Of a DNA stretch of 64,000 bases, positions 11,852-20,867 are shown in pieces; the first letter of the stretch is position 1; every line of letters begins with the position of its first letter. The DNA is from Acidobacteriota bacterium (lineage in GTDB: Bacteria; Acidobacteriota; Vicinamibacteria; Vicinamibacterales; UBA2999): NCBI GenBank assembly GCA_040754955.1, contig JBFMCA010000005.1:24523-88522 (forward strand). The letters run 5' to 3'. The position numbers and the translations under genes were made by a program. Below the pieces are notes generated by a model. It worked only from the letters and a program-made list of their open reading frames with translations. It made no database searches and had not been told where the DNA came from.

Positions 11852-13162
11852 CTAGCCACGGTGCATCCACGCGCTCCAGGCCAGGGCCTGCAGCTCCTTG
11901 ATCGGCCGCCCCGTCTTCGCGGAGAGCGCGGCCAGGTCGTCGAACTCCGGCTGGGCATTCAGCACGACACCAGCCCGCCGCGCCACTTTGAACCGGACGT
12001 CGCCCACCGGCGTCGGCACCGTCAGCATCTCACGATCCAGGCATTCCCGCGTCATCTCCTGGTATCGGATGCCGATCGTGGTCGTCTCCCGGAACACGAC
12101 GTCGGCCAGCGCCTCGCGATGCTCGGGTCGCGCGATCACCGTCACGAGCATACCGGGGCGGCCCTTCTTCATCTGCACCGGCTGGTAGAAGACGTCGAGG
12201 GCCCCGGCGCCGTACAGCCGGTCCATCAGCGCCCCGTAAATCTGCGGGTTCATGTCGTCGATTTCGCAGGTCATTTCGACAACCCGGGTGGGCGCTGCCG
12301 CGCGATCGATGGCAGCCTCCCCCACCACCACGCGCAGCACGTTGGGCGTGCCGGCCAGGTCCCGCTCCCCCGCGCCGTACCCGACTCGCGTCACCGTCAT
12401 CGCCGGCATCGGGCCGTAGGCGTCCGCGTACGCACTGAGCAGCAGCGCCCCGGTGGGCGTCAGGAGCTCCGCCTGCACGCCGCTCGAGTACACCGGCGCC
12501 TGGCCCAGCAGCCGCAACGTGGCCGGGGCCGGCACCGGAAACGTGCCGTGGGCGGACCGGACCATGCCGCCGCCGACGTTCATCGGCGACACCACGACGC
12601 GGTCGACGCCGAACCACTCGAACGCGAAGACGGCGCCGACGATGTCGATGATGGAATCGGTTGCCCCCACCTCGTGCAGGTGCACCTGCTCCACCGGCAT
12701 GCCGTGGATGGCGGCCTCCGCCTCCGCCAGCCGGTCGAACAACGCCCGCGCCCGGGCCTGGCCCGCAGGCGACAGGGTCGATCGCCCGATGGCCGCGTGG
12801 ATCTCGGCCAGCGTGTGATGGGCGTGATGGGCGTGACCGCCCGCCCTTTCTGCCTGTTCGCCGTGGTGGTCGTGGCCTGGAGGCTGGTGTTGGCCGTGAT
12901 GGTGATGGTGATCGTGATGGTGGTGGTGATGGTGTTCGTCCCGGGCCGGCCCCGCCGCCACGGGCGCGGCGCCGCGCACGCGAAACTGCGTCGCGCGGAT
13001 GCCCCCCTTCACCACGGGGTCGGCGGCGATCGTCCATCCACCCACCGCGAGGCTGCCGAGCGCGCGCTCGAGCGCCTCGACCGGCAGCCCGGCATCGATG
13101 AGGGCGCCGAGGATCATGTCGCCGGCCGCGCCGGCAAAGCAGTCGAAGTAGAGGATCTTCAC
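11852..13162 (-). CDS. larC: LarC-family nickel insertion protein (DUF111; nickel-pincer cofactor cyclometallase family)
   Basis: 436 aa. N-terminus MKILYFDCFAGAAGDMILGALIDAG is typical of LarC/DUF111. Contains a His-rich tract. GTG start in a GTGA overlap with the radC stop. Confidence 0.8.
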   Translation of the reverse strand: MKILYFDCFAGAAGDMILGALIDAGLPVEALERALGSLAVGGWTIAADPVVKGGIRATQFRVRGAAPVAAGPARDEHHHHHHHDHHHHHGQHQPPGHDHHGEQAERAGGHAHHAHHTLAEIHAAIGRSTLSPAGQARARALFDRLAEAEAAIHGMPVEQVHLHEVGATDSIIDIVGAVFAFEWFGVDRVVVSPMNVGGGMVRSAHGTFPVPAPATLRLLGQAPVYSSGVQAELLTPTGALLLSAYADAYGPMPAMTVTRVGYGAGERDLAGTPNVLRVVVGEAAIDRAAAPTRVVEMTCEIDDMNPQIYGALMDRLYGAGALDVFYQPVQMKKGRPGMLVTVIARPEHREALADVVFRETTTIGIRYQEMTRECLDREMLTVPTPVGDVRFKVARRAGVVLNAQPEFDDLAALSAKTGRPIKELQALAWSAWMHRG

Positions 13163-13827
13163 AGCAGCCTGGCTTCCCGGAAGCTGAAATAGCGGCCATC
13201 GGCGAGCACCAGGTGGTCGAGCACTTCAATCCCCATGACGTCACCCGCCCGCCTGAGCCGCTCGGTCACCCGCCCGTCGTCCGCGCTCGGCGCCGGATCG
13301 CCGGACGGGTGGTTGTGAAACACGACGATGGCGCTCGCCGAGGCCAGCGCCGCCGCCCGGAACACCTCCCGCGGGTGGCAGAGGCTTGCGTCGAGCACTC
13401 CGACCGAGAGCACCGCCGCGCGTATCAATCGACGCTTGGCGTCGAGCAGCAGCACGCCGAAGCGCTCCACCGGGTGGCTACCGTACAGCGGCACCAGGTA
13501 GCGTGCCACGGCGGCCGGGGTGTCGAGCACGGGCCGATCGCCTACCCGACTTACGACGGCGCGACGACCCAGTTCCACCGCCGCCAGCAGGCGCGCGGCG
13601 CGCGTCGGGCCGACGCCGGACACCTGGCACAGCTCGTCCATCCCTGCACGGCCCAGTCCCGCAGGCCCGCCCGTACCCGCCAGCACGTCGCCGGCGACGG
13701 CCAGCGCGCCCCGGTCGCGGCGCCCGGCTCCGAGAATGAGGGCCACCAGCTCGTTGTCACCGAGCGCGGATGCACCCGCCCGGGCCAGTTTCTCACGCGG
13801 CCGATCGCCGGGCGAGACGTCTTTCAC
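13159..13827 (-). CDS. radC: RadC-like JAB/MPN-domain protein (UPF0758)
   Basis: JAB motif HNHPSGDPAPS and N-terminal HhH-like region (RPREKL...LGDNELVALIL). The track ORF runs to 14178, but its Arg-rich extension overlaps the sirtuin gene. GTG at 13827 forms a GTGA overlap with the sirtuin stop. Confidence 0.8.
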   Translation of the reverse strand: MKDVSPGDRPREKLARAGASALGDNELVALILGAGRRDRGALAVAGDVLAGTGGPAGLGRAGMDELCQVSGVGPTRAARLLAAVELGRRAVVSRVGDRPVLDTPAAVARYLVPLYGSHPVERFGVLLLDAKRRLIRAAVLSVGVLDASLCHPREVFRAAALASASAIVVFHNHPSGDPAPSADDGRVTERLRRAGDVMGIEVLDHLVLADGRYFSFREARLL

Positions 13828-14546
13828 AGCGCTTCTTCCAACGCCGGCAGCACGGCGGCCGCCGGCCCGCGCAGGACGGCATCGGCAGCGCCGGTCAACG
13901 GCGTGTCCTCCACGTTGACCTCCACCACGCGGGCCCCGCGCCGGGCAGCCATCGCCGGCAGGGCCGCGACGGGGTAGACGACCGAGGACGTGCCTACCAC
14001 CAGGACGAGGTTGGCCTGCTCCATCGCCTCGATGGCGGCGGCGACCGCATCGGCCGGGAGCTGCTCGCCGAACCAGACGACGCCGGGCCGCAGCCACGCG
14101 CCGCAGGCGCACCGCAGCTCGGCGCGCGGCGGCCGGTCGTGCGCGTCCAGCACGCTCATGCCGCATCCGGCCGCGCATCGCACGCGCCAGAGATTCCCGT
14201 GGAGCTCCACCGGCCGTTCCGTGCCGGCGCGCTGATGCAGCCCGTCAACGTTCTGGGTCAGCAGCGTCACTCCGGGCCGCCTGCGCGCCAGTCGCGCCAG
14301 CGCGTCATGGCCGGCGTTGGGCCGCGCCTCGGCAATACGGGCGCGCCTCCACAGGTACCACTCCCATACGAGGGACGGACGCTCGCGGAACGCTTCCGGC
14401 GTGGCCAGTTCCTCCGGGCGATACCGGCGCCAGAGGCCGTCGGCGCCGCGGAACACCGGAATGCCGCTTTCGGCGGAGATGCCCGCGCCGGTCAGGACCA
14501 CGATGCGTTCGGCGGCCCGCATCCACGTCGCGACAAGATCCCTCAT
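13824..14546 (-). CDS. cobB: NAD-dependent protein deacylase (Sir2/CobB family)
   Basis: 240 aa. Motifs GAGISAESGIPVFRG, TQNVDGLH and VELHGN. Two Cys pairs for the Zn module. Confidence 0.9.
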   Translation of the reverse strand: MRDLVATWMRAAERIVVLTGAGISAESGIPVFRGADGLWRRYRPEELATPEAFRERPSLVWEWYLWRRARIAEARPNAGHDALARLARRRPGVTLLTQNVDGLHQRAGTERPVELHGNLWRVRCAAGCGMSVLDAHDRPPRAELRCACGAWLRPGVVWFGEQLPADAVAAAIEAMEQANLVLVVGTSSVVYPVAALPAMAARRGARVVEVNVEDTPLTGAADAVLRGPAAAVLPALEEAL

Positions 14547-14564
14547 CGTACCTCAACTGGCAGG

Positions 14565-14570
14565 TATACT
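14565..14570 (+). promoter_or_regulatory. -10-like TATACT 9 nt upstream of ATG 14580
   Basis: Only AT-rich hexamer in the 33-nt spacer. No SD lies between it and the start. Confidence 0.3.
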
Positions 14571-14579
14571 CGTTCACAC

Positions 14580-15158
14580 ATGCGTCTGCCGGTCCGTGCC
14601 ACCGCCATCGTCGTTGCCGCCGCCCTCGCCGCGGCGTGCGCCGAGCCGCCGAGCAAGGAGATGAACCAGGCGCAGGGCGCCATCGACGCCGCGCGCGCGG
14701 CCGGAGCCGATCGGTACGCGCCCGACGAACTCGCCGCGGCCACCACGGCGCTGTCCCGCGCGGAGGAGGCCGTGACGCAGCGCGATTTCCGGCTTGCGCT
14801 CAGCCACGCGCTCGACTCACGCGAGCAGGCGCAGGCCGCAGCCAGACAGGCCGTGGAGCGACGCGCCACTGCGCGCGGCGAGGCCGAACGGGCCGTCGCC
14901 GCTCTGACCGCCCTCGTCACCCGCGCGCAGGCGCGCCTGAAGGATCCCGAAGTGGCGCGTCTGCCGCGCCGGGCCAGCCAGGTGCCGGTGCGGACCATCG
15001 CGGCTGCAGCCTCGGCCCTGCAAGAAGCGCGCGCGGCGCTCGAGGCTGACGACTACCCCAAGGCCACGGCTGCTGCCGCCGATCACGCCTCGCGTTTGCA
15101 GGCGGCGCTGGCCGATATCGACGCTGCCGTCGCGGCCCGCTCCACCCGTCGCCGCTGA
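14580..15158 (+). CDS. Alanine-rich helical lipoprotein (DUF4398-like)
   Basis: 192 aa, taken from the internal ATG of track ORF 13770-15158. Signal peptide ends in LAAAC. Helical Ala/Arg/Glu-rich repeats. The DUF4398 assignment is from memory of family features. Confidence 0.55.
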   Translation: MRLPVRATAIVVAAALAAACAEPPSKEMNQAQGAIDAARAAGADRYAPDELAAATTALSRAEEAVTQRDFRLALSHALDSREQAQAAARQAVERRATARGEAERAVAALTALVTRAQARLKDPEVARLPRRASQVPVRTIAAAASALQEARAALEADDYPKATAAAADHASRLQAALADIDAAVAARSTRRR

Positions 15159-15255
15159 CGGCATCGCAGTTCCTGCGCTGGAGTGTGCCTCCCGGGGCGG
15201 CAACTTCTGATCGGGACGCACGCCTCCGCCGGCGAGCCGGTGCCCTGTCGGGGCC

Positions 15256-16074
15256 TCAGGGCAGCTCCGCGTGCCCGGGAATCCACTGGCCGCGCACGAC
15301 GACTTCGGCCCAGCCAGTCAAGTAGACGCCGTCGTCGCGCCATTCCACGCGCTGGGTTCCGCCTGGCGCCACGACCGTCACATCCCGGCTGGCGCCGCCA
15401 TGCACGATGGCGGCCACGGCGGCGGCGCAGGCGCCGGTGCCCGAGGCGAGGGTCGGACCGACGCCGCGCTCCCAGATGCGAATCTCGACCCGGTCTGCCG
15501 CCGCCACGCGCGCAAACTCCACGTTCGTGCCCGCCGCGAAGCGCGCATGCGTCGCAAGGGCCGGGCCGAGGCGATTGAACCGCTCGTCATCGGGCAGTCG
15601 ATCGACCAGCGCGACGCACTGCGGGTTGCCCATCCGGAGGATCGTCACCTCCATCCGCTCGCCGGCCACGTCGAGGGTCTCGCGCGAGATGTCCGCGGGG
15701 GCGCCCATCGCCGCGCGAAAGGTGTAGCGGTGGTCCATGCGGCCGACGAGGTCGAGCCGCTTCCACCCGGCGTCGGTCGACACGTTGACCACCGTGGCCG
15801 CCTCGACACCGCCGGGACGCTCGTGCAGCACGAGCGCCGCCAGGCAGCGCAGGCCGTTGCCCGACAGCTCCGAGGGGCTGCCGTCCGCGTTGATGAGACG
15901 CATGCGGACAGTGCCGTCGGGTGCCACGAGGTAGACGATCAGGCCGTCGGCCCCGACTCCGGTGTGCCGCGCGCACATCGCCCGTGCAAGGGCAGCCGTA
16001 TCGGCGTCGCCCGTCTGGTCCTCATGCACGAACAGGAAGTCGTTGCCGTACGCGTGGGCCTTGGCGAAGTGCAT
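15256..16074 (-). CDS. dapF: Diaminopimelate epimerase
   Basis: MHFAKAHAYGNDF aligns with the canonical DapF N-terminus. The two catalytic Cys sit in GNGLRC and SGTGACA. The track start 16083 is GTG, three codons upstream. Confidence 0.9.
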   Translation of the reverse strand: MHFAKAHAYGNDFLFVHEDQTGDADTAALARAMCARHTGVGADGLIVYLVAPDGTVRMRLINADGSPSELSGNGLRCLAALVLHERPGGVEAATVVNVSTDAGWKRLDLVGRMDHRYTFRAAMGAPADISRETLDVAGERMEVTILRMGNPQCVALVDRLPDDERFNRLGPALATHARFAAGTNVEFARVAAADRVEIRIWERGVGPTLASGTGACAAAVAAIVHGGASRDVTVVAPGGTQRVEWRDDGVYLTGWAEVVVRGQWIPGHAELP

Positions 16075-16094
16075 GATGGACACCGCTGCGACGA

Positions 16095-16946
16095 TCAGGG
16101 GATCTGAAACGCGTCGAACACCCAGGTCACCCCGGCCGTGACGCCGAAGCCGGGATCGCGCGACGTCATTCCCAGCAGCACGGCGGCGTCGACGCGGACG
16201 CTGCCGCGCGTGTAGCGCCCGCCGAGCCGCATGGTGGCCTGGTTCTCCGCTCCCGGGGTGACACCCTGCGCGTGGTTGTAGCGCCCGTTGATCTCACCGA
16301 CGAACTCGGCGGCGTTGGTCACGGCGCGCGCGACCGACAGACCGTAGACGAACAAGTCATCCTGCCGGGCAGCCTCCGTCGGGTCGCCCTGGATGCTCAG
16401 GCCGGCGTTGCCGACGACGCGGATGGACTGCACCGTCTTGGCCAGCAGCAACGCGGCGGTGAAATCGGTGGTATCACGGCCCAACCCCGACTCGTTGCTG
16501 GAGTTGGGCAGCCGCGTCGCGAACCGCAGGCCGATGGCCGGCCGGCTGGCCTGTTCGCCCAGGAGGCGCACCTTGGTCGCGAGGACCACATCGTCGACCG
16601 ACGTCGCCCTGTCGCCGTCGAGGTCCAGCCGCGAGGCAAACGGCGCGTCGCGGCGGTCCGTGATGGCCAGCCGCCGGTACAGCCCGCCGTCGATCTGGAT
16701 CTCGGCGATGGAGCTGAGGCCCACGCTGACGCCGACCGTGGGCACGGCCAGCAGGTTGCCCCGGAGCCCCGACAACGGGAACAGGATGTCGCGCGCGTAG
16801 TCGAGGCCCGACTCGAGCAGCACCCGCCCGGCCCCGATTGTCTCGGGGTCCTCGGTGACGAGCGGACGCTGCTGGGCGCGCGCGGGGCCGGCCACGGCGA
16901 GCACCGCCGCCGCCGCGGCGATCACGAACCCAGTCCGATCTCTCAC
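16095..16946 (-). CDS. Outer-membrane beta-barrel protein (transporter/MetA-pathway-like family)
   Basis: 283 aa from GTG 16946, preceded by GGAGGAGGAGG. Signal peptide ends AGPARAQQ. Alternating beta-strand pattern. GTGA overlap with the upstream CPBP gene stop. The upstream part of track ORF 16095-17537 is rejected. Confidence 0.6.
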   Translation of the reverse strand: MRDRTGFVIAAAAAVLAVAGPARAQQRPLVTEDPETIGAGRVLLESGLDYARDILFPLSGLRGNLLAVPTVGVSVGLSSIAEIQIDGGLYRRLAITDRRDAPFASRLDLDGDRATSVDDVVLATKVRLLGEQASRPAIGLRFATRLPNSSNESGLGRDTTDFTAALLLAKTVQSIRVVGNAGLSIQGDPTEAARQDDLFVYGLSVARAVTNAAEFVGEINGRYNHAQGVTPGAENQATMRLGGRYTRGSVRVDAAVLLGMTSRDPGFGVTAGVTWVFDAFQIP

Positions 16947-17527
16947 GATCGTCCTCCTCCTCCGGCTTCGCCGGTCGGCGGCCGCGACGCGTCCCGGCGG
17001 ATGTATGCCAGCGCGAGCACGTCGTACACGCCGTGCGCCACCATGGGCGCAATCACGCCGCCCGCGACGATCGCGAGCCCCCCGAGGGCGAGCCCCATGC
17101 AGGCGGCCCAGACGCCAAACGCCAGCATGCGCGGCGACGCGACATGAGCCAGCCCGAACAGCAGGCTGGCGGCGACCCACCCGGTCAGCGGCTGCAGCAA
17201 CCCCCGGAACAGCCACTCCTCGCCGACGCCCGCTGACAGCCCCACCACGACCAGGCCGGGTCGGCTCAACCGGCCGAAGAGCGGCACCAGCACATCGCGG
17301 TAGACGTGCCGCACGCCGTCGACCAGCCACCAGCCGCTCACCGGCACGCGCAGCAGCGCCAGGTTGGCACCCGCAAGCCCCGCCGCGGCGAGACCGCCGA
17401 GCAGCAGCCCCCGCACGGGCTCGCCCCAGGTGACCGGCACCCCCGCCAGGAGCCCACCTCCGACGGCCGCGGCGACCAGCGCCGACTGCGTCCCGACCGC
17501 AAGCGCCACGAGGCGCGGGCCGCGCAT
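16943..17527 (-). CDS. CPBP-family intramembrane glutamic endopeptidase (CAAX protease type)
   Basis: 194 aa and polytopic. Motifs EEWLFRG and FGLAH, plus a distal His (VAHGVYD). Confidence 0.8.
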   Translation of the reverse strand: MRGPRLVALAVGTQSALVAAAVGGGLLAGVPVTWGEPVRGLLLGGLAAAGLAGANLALLRVPVSGWWLVDGVRHVYRDVLVPLFGRLSRPGLVVVGLSAGVGEEWLFRGLLQPLTGWVAASLLFGLAHVASPRMLAFGVWAACMGLALGGLAIVAGGVIAPMVAHGVYDVLALAYIRRDASRPPTGEAGGGGRS

Positions 17528-17529
17528 GG

Positions 17530-17994
17530 TCAGGCACGCCGCCGGCTATCGAGCAGGATGGTCACCGGCCCGTCGTTCACGAGCGCCACCTGCATGTGCG
17601 CCTGGAACTCTCCGGTCGCGACGGGCAGCCCGCGCGCCCTGAGCGCCGCAACGACGCGCTCGTAGACGACCCGGGCTCTGTCGGGCGGCGCCGCGGCGTC
17701 GAACGACGGACGGCGACCCCGGCCGACGTCGGCGACCAGCGTGAACTGCGACACCGCCAGCACGGCGCCCCCGACGTCGAGCACCGAACGGTTCATGCGG
17801 GTCCGGCCCGCTTCGTCGCCCTCGTCATCGAAGATCCGGAGATCGGCGACCTTGCCGGTCACATAGGCGACGTCCGCGTCGCCATCCTCCCGCTCGACTC
17901 CGATGAGCACGACGAGCCCGCGGCCGATCTCCCCCGCCACGCGCTCGTCCACGGTCACCCGCGCCGAGGACACCCGCTGCACGACCGCTCGCAT
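17530..17994 (-). CDS. dtd: D-aminoacyl-tRNA deacylase
   Basis: 154 aa. MRAVVQRVSSARVTV N-terminus and SQFTL motif. Confidence 0.9.
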   Translation of the reverse strand: MRAVVQRVSSARVTVDERVAGEIGRGLVVLIGVEREDGDADVAYVTGKVADLRIFDDEGDEAGRTRMNRSVLDVGGAVLAVSQFTLVADVGRGRRPSFDAAAPPDRARVVYERVVAALRARGLPVATGEFQAHMQVALVNDGPVTILLDSRRRA

Positions 17995-18001
17995 CGATGG
18001 G

Positions 18002-18856
18002 TCAGGACGGCCGGGACGTCAACAGCGGGACGAGCGGCACGTCCGCCGCCAGGTCGCCCAGCGCCGCGATTCGCGATCCAGCGGCTTCCGACAGGTCCCG
18101 GGTGGGCTGCAGCCGACGGTCGAGCAGGTGGCGCGGCATCACGTTGCTGAGCGCCTTGATCATCGAGGCCTTCACGTTCGGGTGCTCGCGCTCGAGCTCC
18201 GCCACGAGCCGCTTGACGCGCTGGCGTTGGAGCCCGAGATCGCCGCACGCCGGACAGCAGCAGCCGATGACGGGCAGCTCGACGTCCCGGGTGTACGCAC
18301 GCGCCTCGGCCTCGGTGACGTACACCAGCGGCCGGATCACCACGTGCGCACCGTCGTCGGACACCAGCCGGGCGGGCATGGCCTTCAGCGCGCCCGCGAA
18401 GAAGAGGTTCAGCAGCAGGGTCTCGACGAAGTCGTCCAGGTGGTGTCCCAGCGCGATCTTGGTCGCGCCGACCTGGGCGGCCAGGCGATACAGGACGCCG
18501 CGCCGCAGCCGTGCGCACAGCGAGCACGGCGTCGCATCGGCGTCGAGCACCTCGTCGATGACGCGGCCGATGCCCGTGTGCTCCGAGTGGAACTCCCAGC
18601 CGCGCGCGCGGCACGCTTCCGCGATGGCGGCGTGCTGGTACCCCTCGTACCCCGAGTCGACGTTGACGGCCACGAGGGAGAAGCGAATGGGCGCGCGACG
18701 GCGCAGCTCGTCCAGAATCTGGAGGAGCGCCCAGCTGTCCTTGCCGCCGGACAGGCCGACCATGACGCGATCGCCGTCCTCGAGCAGGTCGAAGTCCGTA
18801 ATCGCGCGCGTGACCTTCTTCGCGAGCCGTTGTTCGAGCGGGGACCTGTACGACAT
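18002..18856 (-). CDS. ttcA: tRNA 2-thiocytidine biosynthesis protein TtcA
   Basis: 284 aa from the internal ATG. PP-loop SGGKDS. Cys motifs CSLCARLRRG and CCCPACG. Confidence 0.9.
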   Translation of the reverse strand: MSYRSPLEQRLAKKVTRAITDFDLLEDGDRVMVGLSGGKDSWALLQILDELRRRAPIRFSLVAVNVDSGYEGYQHAAIAEACRARGWEFHSEHTGIGRVIDEVLDADATPCSLCARLRRGVLYRLAAQVGATKIALGHHLDDFVETLLLNLFFAGALKAMPARLVSDDGAHVVIRPLVYVTEAEARAYTRDVELPVIGCCCPACGDLGLQRQRVKRLVAELEREHPNVKASMIKALSNVMPRHLLDRRLQPTRDLSEAAGSRIAALGDLAADVPLVPLLTSRPS

Positions 18857-18908
18857 GGCCGCGATCGAGTGTATCGGATTCACCGCGGGGCGCCAATCGG
18901 CGCGCCCG

Positions 18909-19745
18909 CTAGCGCGGCAGCCGGGACGCCGGGACGCGCAGCGCCTCCGCGATGCGCCGCAGGGTTTGCTGCACGAGGCGCGCGTTGTCCGGTCCCATGC
19001 GCAGCAACTGCTTCTGCGCGCCGGAGAGCGCCTCGAAGCGCGGGTTGTCGTACCGATAGCCCGTGGCGCCCTGGCGCCGAAGCCACGCGTCCGCGGGTGG
19101 AATCGGCGTCTCGAGCAGGTGGACGATCGCTCGCTCGGTGGCCGTGTCAAAGGACCCCAGCGGCCGGCCCAGCTCTCCATACGCCTCTTCGAAGCGCGGC
19201 TTGAGCATGACATAGGCGCGGGCGAGCCCCGCCACGTCGAGCGACACGGCGGCCTGGGCCAGCCCGTCGTAGCGCGCGAAGCTGGCCGGGGCGGCCACCT
19301 CGTGGCCGGCGACCGTCGCCACGCGGAACGGACCCCGTGGCGCGAGCACCCGGAGATGCCGGGCCGGCGTGCGGCCCTGCGAGACGTTGTCGACGACCAG
19401 CACGAAGTTCCGGATCAGCCCGTCGGTGGCCAGCCACGCCGCCAGCTCAGGCCGCGCCGAGACGGCCTTCAGGAGATCGCGCACGAACGCATCACTGGCA
19501 TCGAGCGGCGGCAGTTCCACGCTCACCGACGGCGCAGCGGGCGCGGGGTCAATCCGCGCCTCGGTGGCCGCCGGGGGCGTCAGGTTGGCCGCCGGCGCCG
19601 CCTCGTCGCGGCCGAACATCCAGTACGCGCCGGCCCCGAGAAGGACAGCCCCTGCGACGCCGATCCACAGGAAGGAAGGTCCTCGTCGCTCCGCCAGCCG
19701 CCGCGGTCCATCGTCGCCCATCGGCCGATACTCGCCAAGTTCCAT
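18909..19745 (-). CDS. Membrane-anchored hypothetical protein (DUF3014-like)
   Basis: Start taken at MELGEY (ATG 19745), which is preceded by GAGGGAGG. The track start 19805 is also possible. One TM (FLWIGVAGAVLLGAGAYWMF). Family assignment is from memory. Confidence 0.5.
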   Translation of the reverse strand: MELGEYRPMGDDGPRRLAERRGPSFLWIGVAGAVLLGAGAYWMFGRDEAAPAANLTPPAATEARIDPAPAAPSVSVELPPLDASDAFVRDLLKAVSARPELAAWLATDGLIRNFVLVVDNVSQGRTPARHLRVLAPRGPFRVATVAGHEVAAPASFARYDGLAQAAVSLDVAGLARAYVMLKPRFEEAYGELGRPLGSFDTATERAIVHLLETPIPPADAWLRRQGATGYRYDNPRFEALSGAQKQLLRMGPDNARLVQQTLRRIAEALRVPASRLPR

Positions 19746-19821
19746 CTGCCGCCTCCCTCGCCACTCTAAGACGCCGGGGTCGGGCCTATTTTCACAATTT
19801 GCCATCCTTCGGGCGTCTGGC

Positions 19822-20865
19822 CTAGATCGCCAGCAGGCGCCGCACGGCGTCGGTCCAGGTCATCCGCGCCACCTGGGCGGCGCCCGCCTCACCCAGCCGG
19901 ATGGCCTCGTTGCGGTCGGCCAGCGCTTCCGCGATGGCTGCGCCCAGCGCTTCCGGCGTGGGATCGGTCACCCATCCGTTGACGCCGTCGCGCACCAGCT
20001 CGGCCGGACCGCCGCTGTCGCGGCACGTGATGACCGCCTTGCCACTGGAGAAGGCCTCGACGGTCACGAACCCGTAGTCCTCGTTGAAGGGCGGGAACAC
20101 CACGGCTCGGCACGCCGCCAGATGATCGATGAGGCCCGCCTCGTCGAGGCGTCCCACGAAGTCGACCCGGTCGTCCAGGTCGAGCTGCGATCGCAGCTTC
20201 AGGAGGCTGGGCAGCTCGGCCCCCTCGCCGGCGATGACGCACCGGATGCCGGCGGCGGCCGGTTCGGCCAGCGCGCGGAGCAGCAGATCGAACCGCTTGA
20301 GTGGCGCAAGGCGTGAGACCGCGAAGAGGTACTCGCCATAGCCGGCGCATCGGTAGGGCCGCACCGGCGGCGGCACGTGCAGCACGTCGGACGGAATGCC
20401 TCCCCACCGCGCGAGCCGGGCCTGTACCGTGCCGGAGATGACGAACAGCCGCCGGACGTTCCTGGTCAGCAGGTACCGGTCGACGGCGTGCACGACGCCG
20501 CGCCGCGCCGTTTCCTTGAGACGGTTGCCGGCGGAGAGGCGCGCGCTGAAGTGGTCCCACAGATCGTAGTACTCGCGCATCCGGTGGTTGAGCCAGCAGA
20601 CGTGCCGCTCGTGCCGGACGGCGTAGGCGGGGAATCGCAGCGAGATGACCTGATCGACGTGCTTGTTCTCGTGCGCGAGACCGACGTCCGTGCACCAGGC
20701 GGCCAGGTACGCGCTCCCCTGCCGGCCAAACCGGTTCTGGGGCGTCACGACCAGCGCGGCGTCGTGGCCCTCGCGCTGCAGGGCCCCGACCAGCTCGCGC
20801 GCCATCACCAGATGTCCACCCTCCGCAAACGGGGGGCTCGCCGTCACGACGAGGATGGTCGACAC
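19822..20865 (-). CDS. Glycosyltransferase family 4 (GT-B)
   Basis: 347 aa from GTG 20865. C-terminal EX7E-type region (FNEDYGFVTVEAFSSGKAVI). Lies 2 nt after the upstream gene stop. Confidence 0.8.
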   Translation of the reverse strand: MSTILVVTASPPFAEGGHLVMARELVGALQREGHDAALVVTPQNRFGRQGSAYLAAWCTDVGLAHENKHVDQVISLRFPAYAVRHERHVCWLNHRMREYYDLWDHFSARLSAGNRLKETARRGVVHAVDRYLLTRNVRRLFVISGTVQARLARWGGIPSDVLHVPPPVRPYRCAGYGEYLFAVSRLAPLKRFDLLLRALAEPAAAGIRCVIAGEGAELPSLLKLRSQLDLDDRVDFVGRLDEAGLIDHLAACRAVVFPPFNEDYGFVTVEAFSSGKAVITCRDSGGPAELVRDGVNGWVTDPTPEALGAAIAEALADRNEAIRLGEAGAAQVARMTWTDAVRRLLAI

Positions 20866-20867
20866 GG

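Noticed and set aside
12812-12940. A programmed frameshift in larC, as reported for Lactobacillus plantarum larC1/larC2
   Set aside because: The ORF is continuous from GTG 13162 to the stop at 11852 and carries both N- and C-terminal LarC regions in one frame.
10568-13192. 874-aa plus-strand ORF
   Set aside because: It is antisense to metG and larC. It reads straight through the 10-mer repeat spacer and the complement of the His tract, which is not credible as coding sequence.
13828-14178. 117-codon N-terminal extension of the RadC ORF, and similar extensions of ORFs 16095-17537, 18002-19213, 19822-21150, 20868-23927, 22778-24316, 23968-25845, 43673-45049 and 45473-46471
   Set aside because: The extensions overlap the upstream gene in another frame and are Arg/Pro/Gly-rich. 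In each case an internal ATG or GTG forms a 1-nt or 4-nt overlap with the upstream stop, or is preceded by a strong SD, and gives a protein of normal family length.
13824-14546. The SIR2-domain protein as part of an anti-phage system (Thoeris/DSR/SIR2-HerA type)
   Set aside because: It is a compact 240-aa class III sirtuin with a complete CobB-type motif set and Zn module. It has no extra effector or sensor domains and no partner defence genes, and it sits among housekeeping genes.
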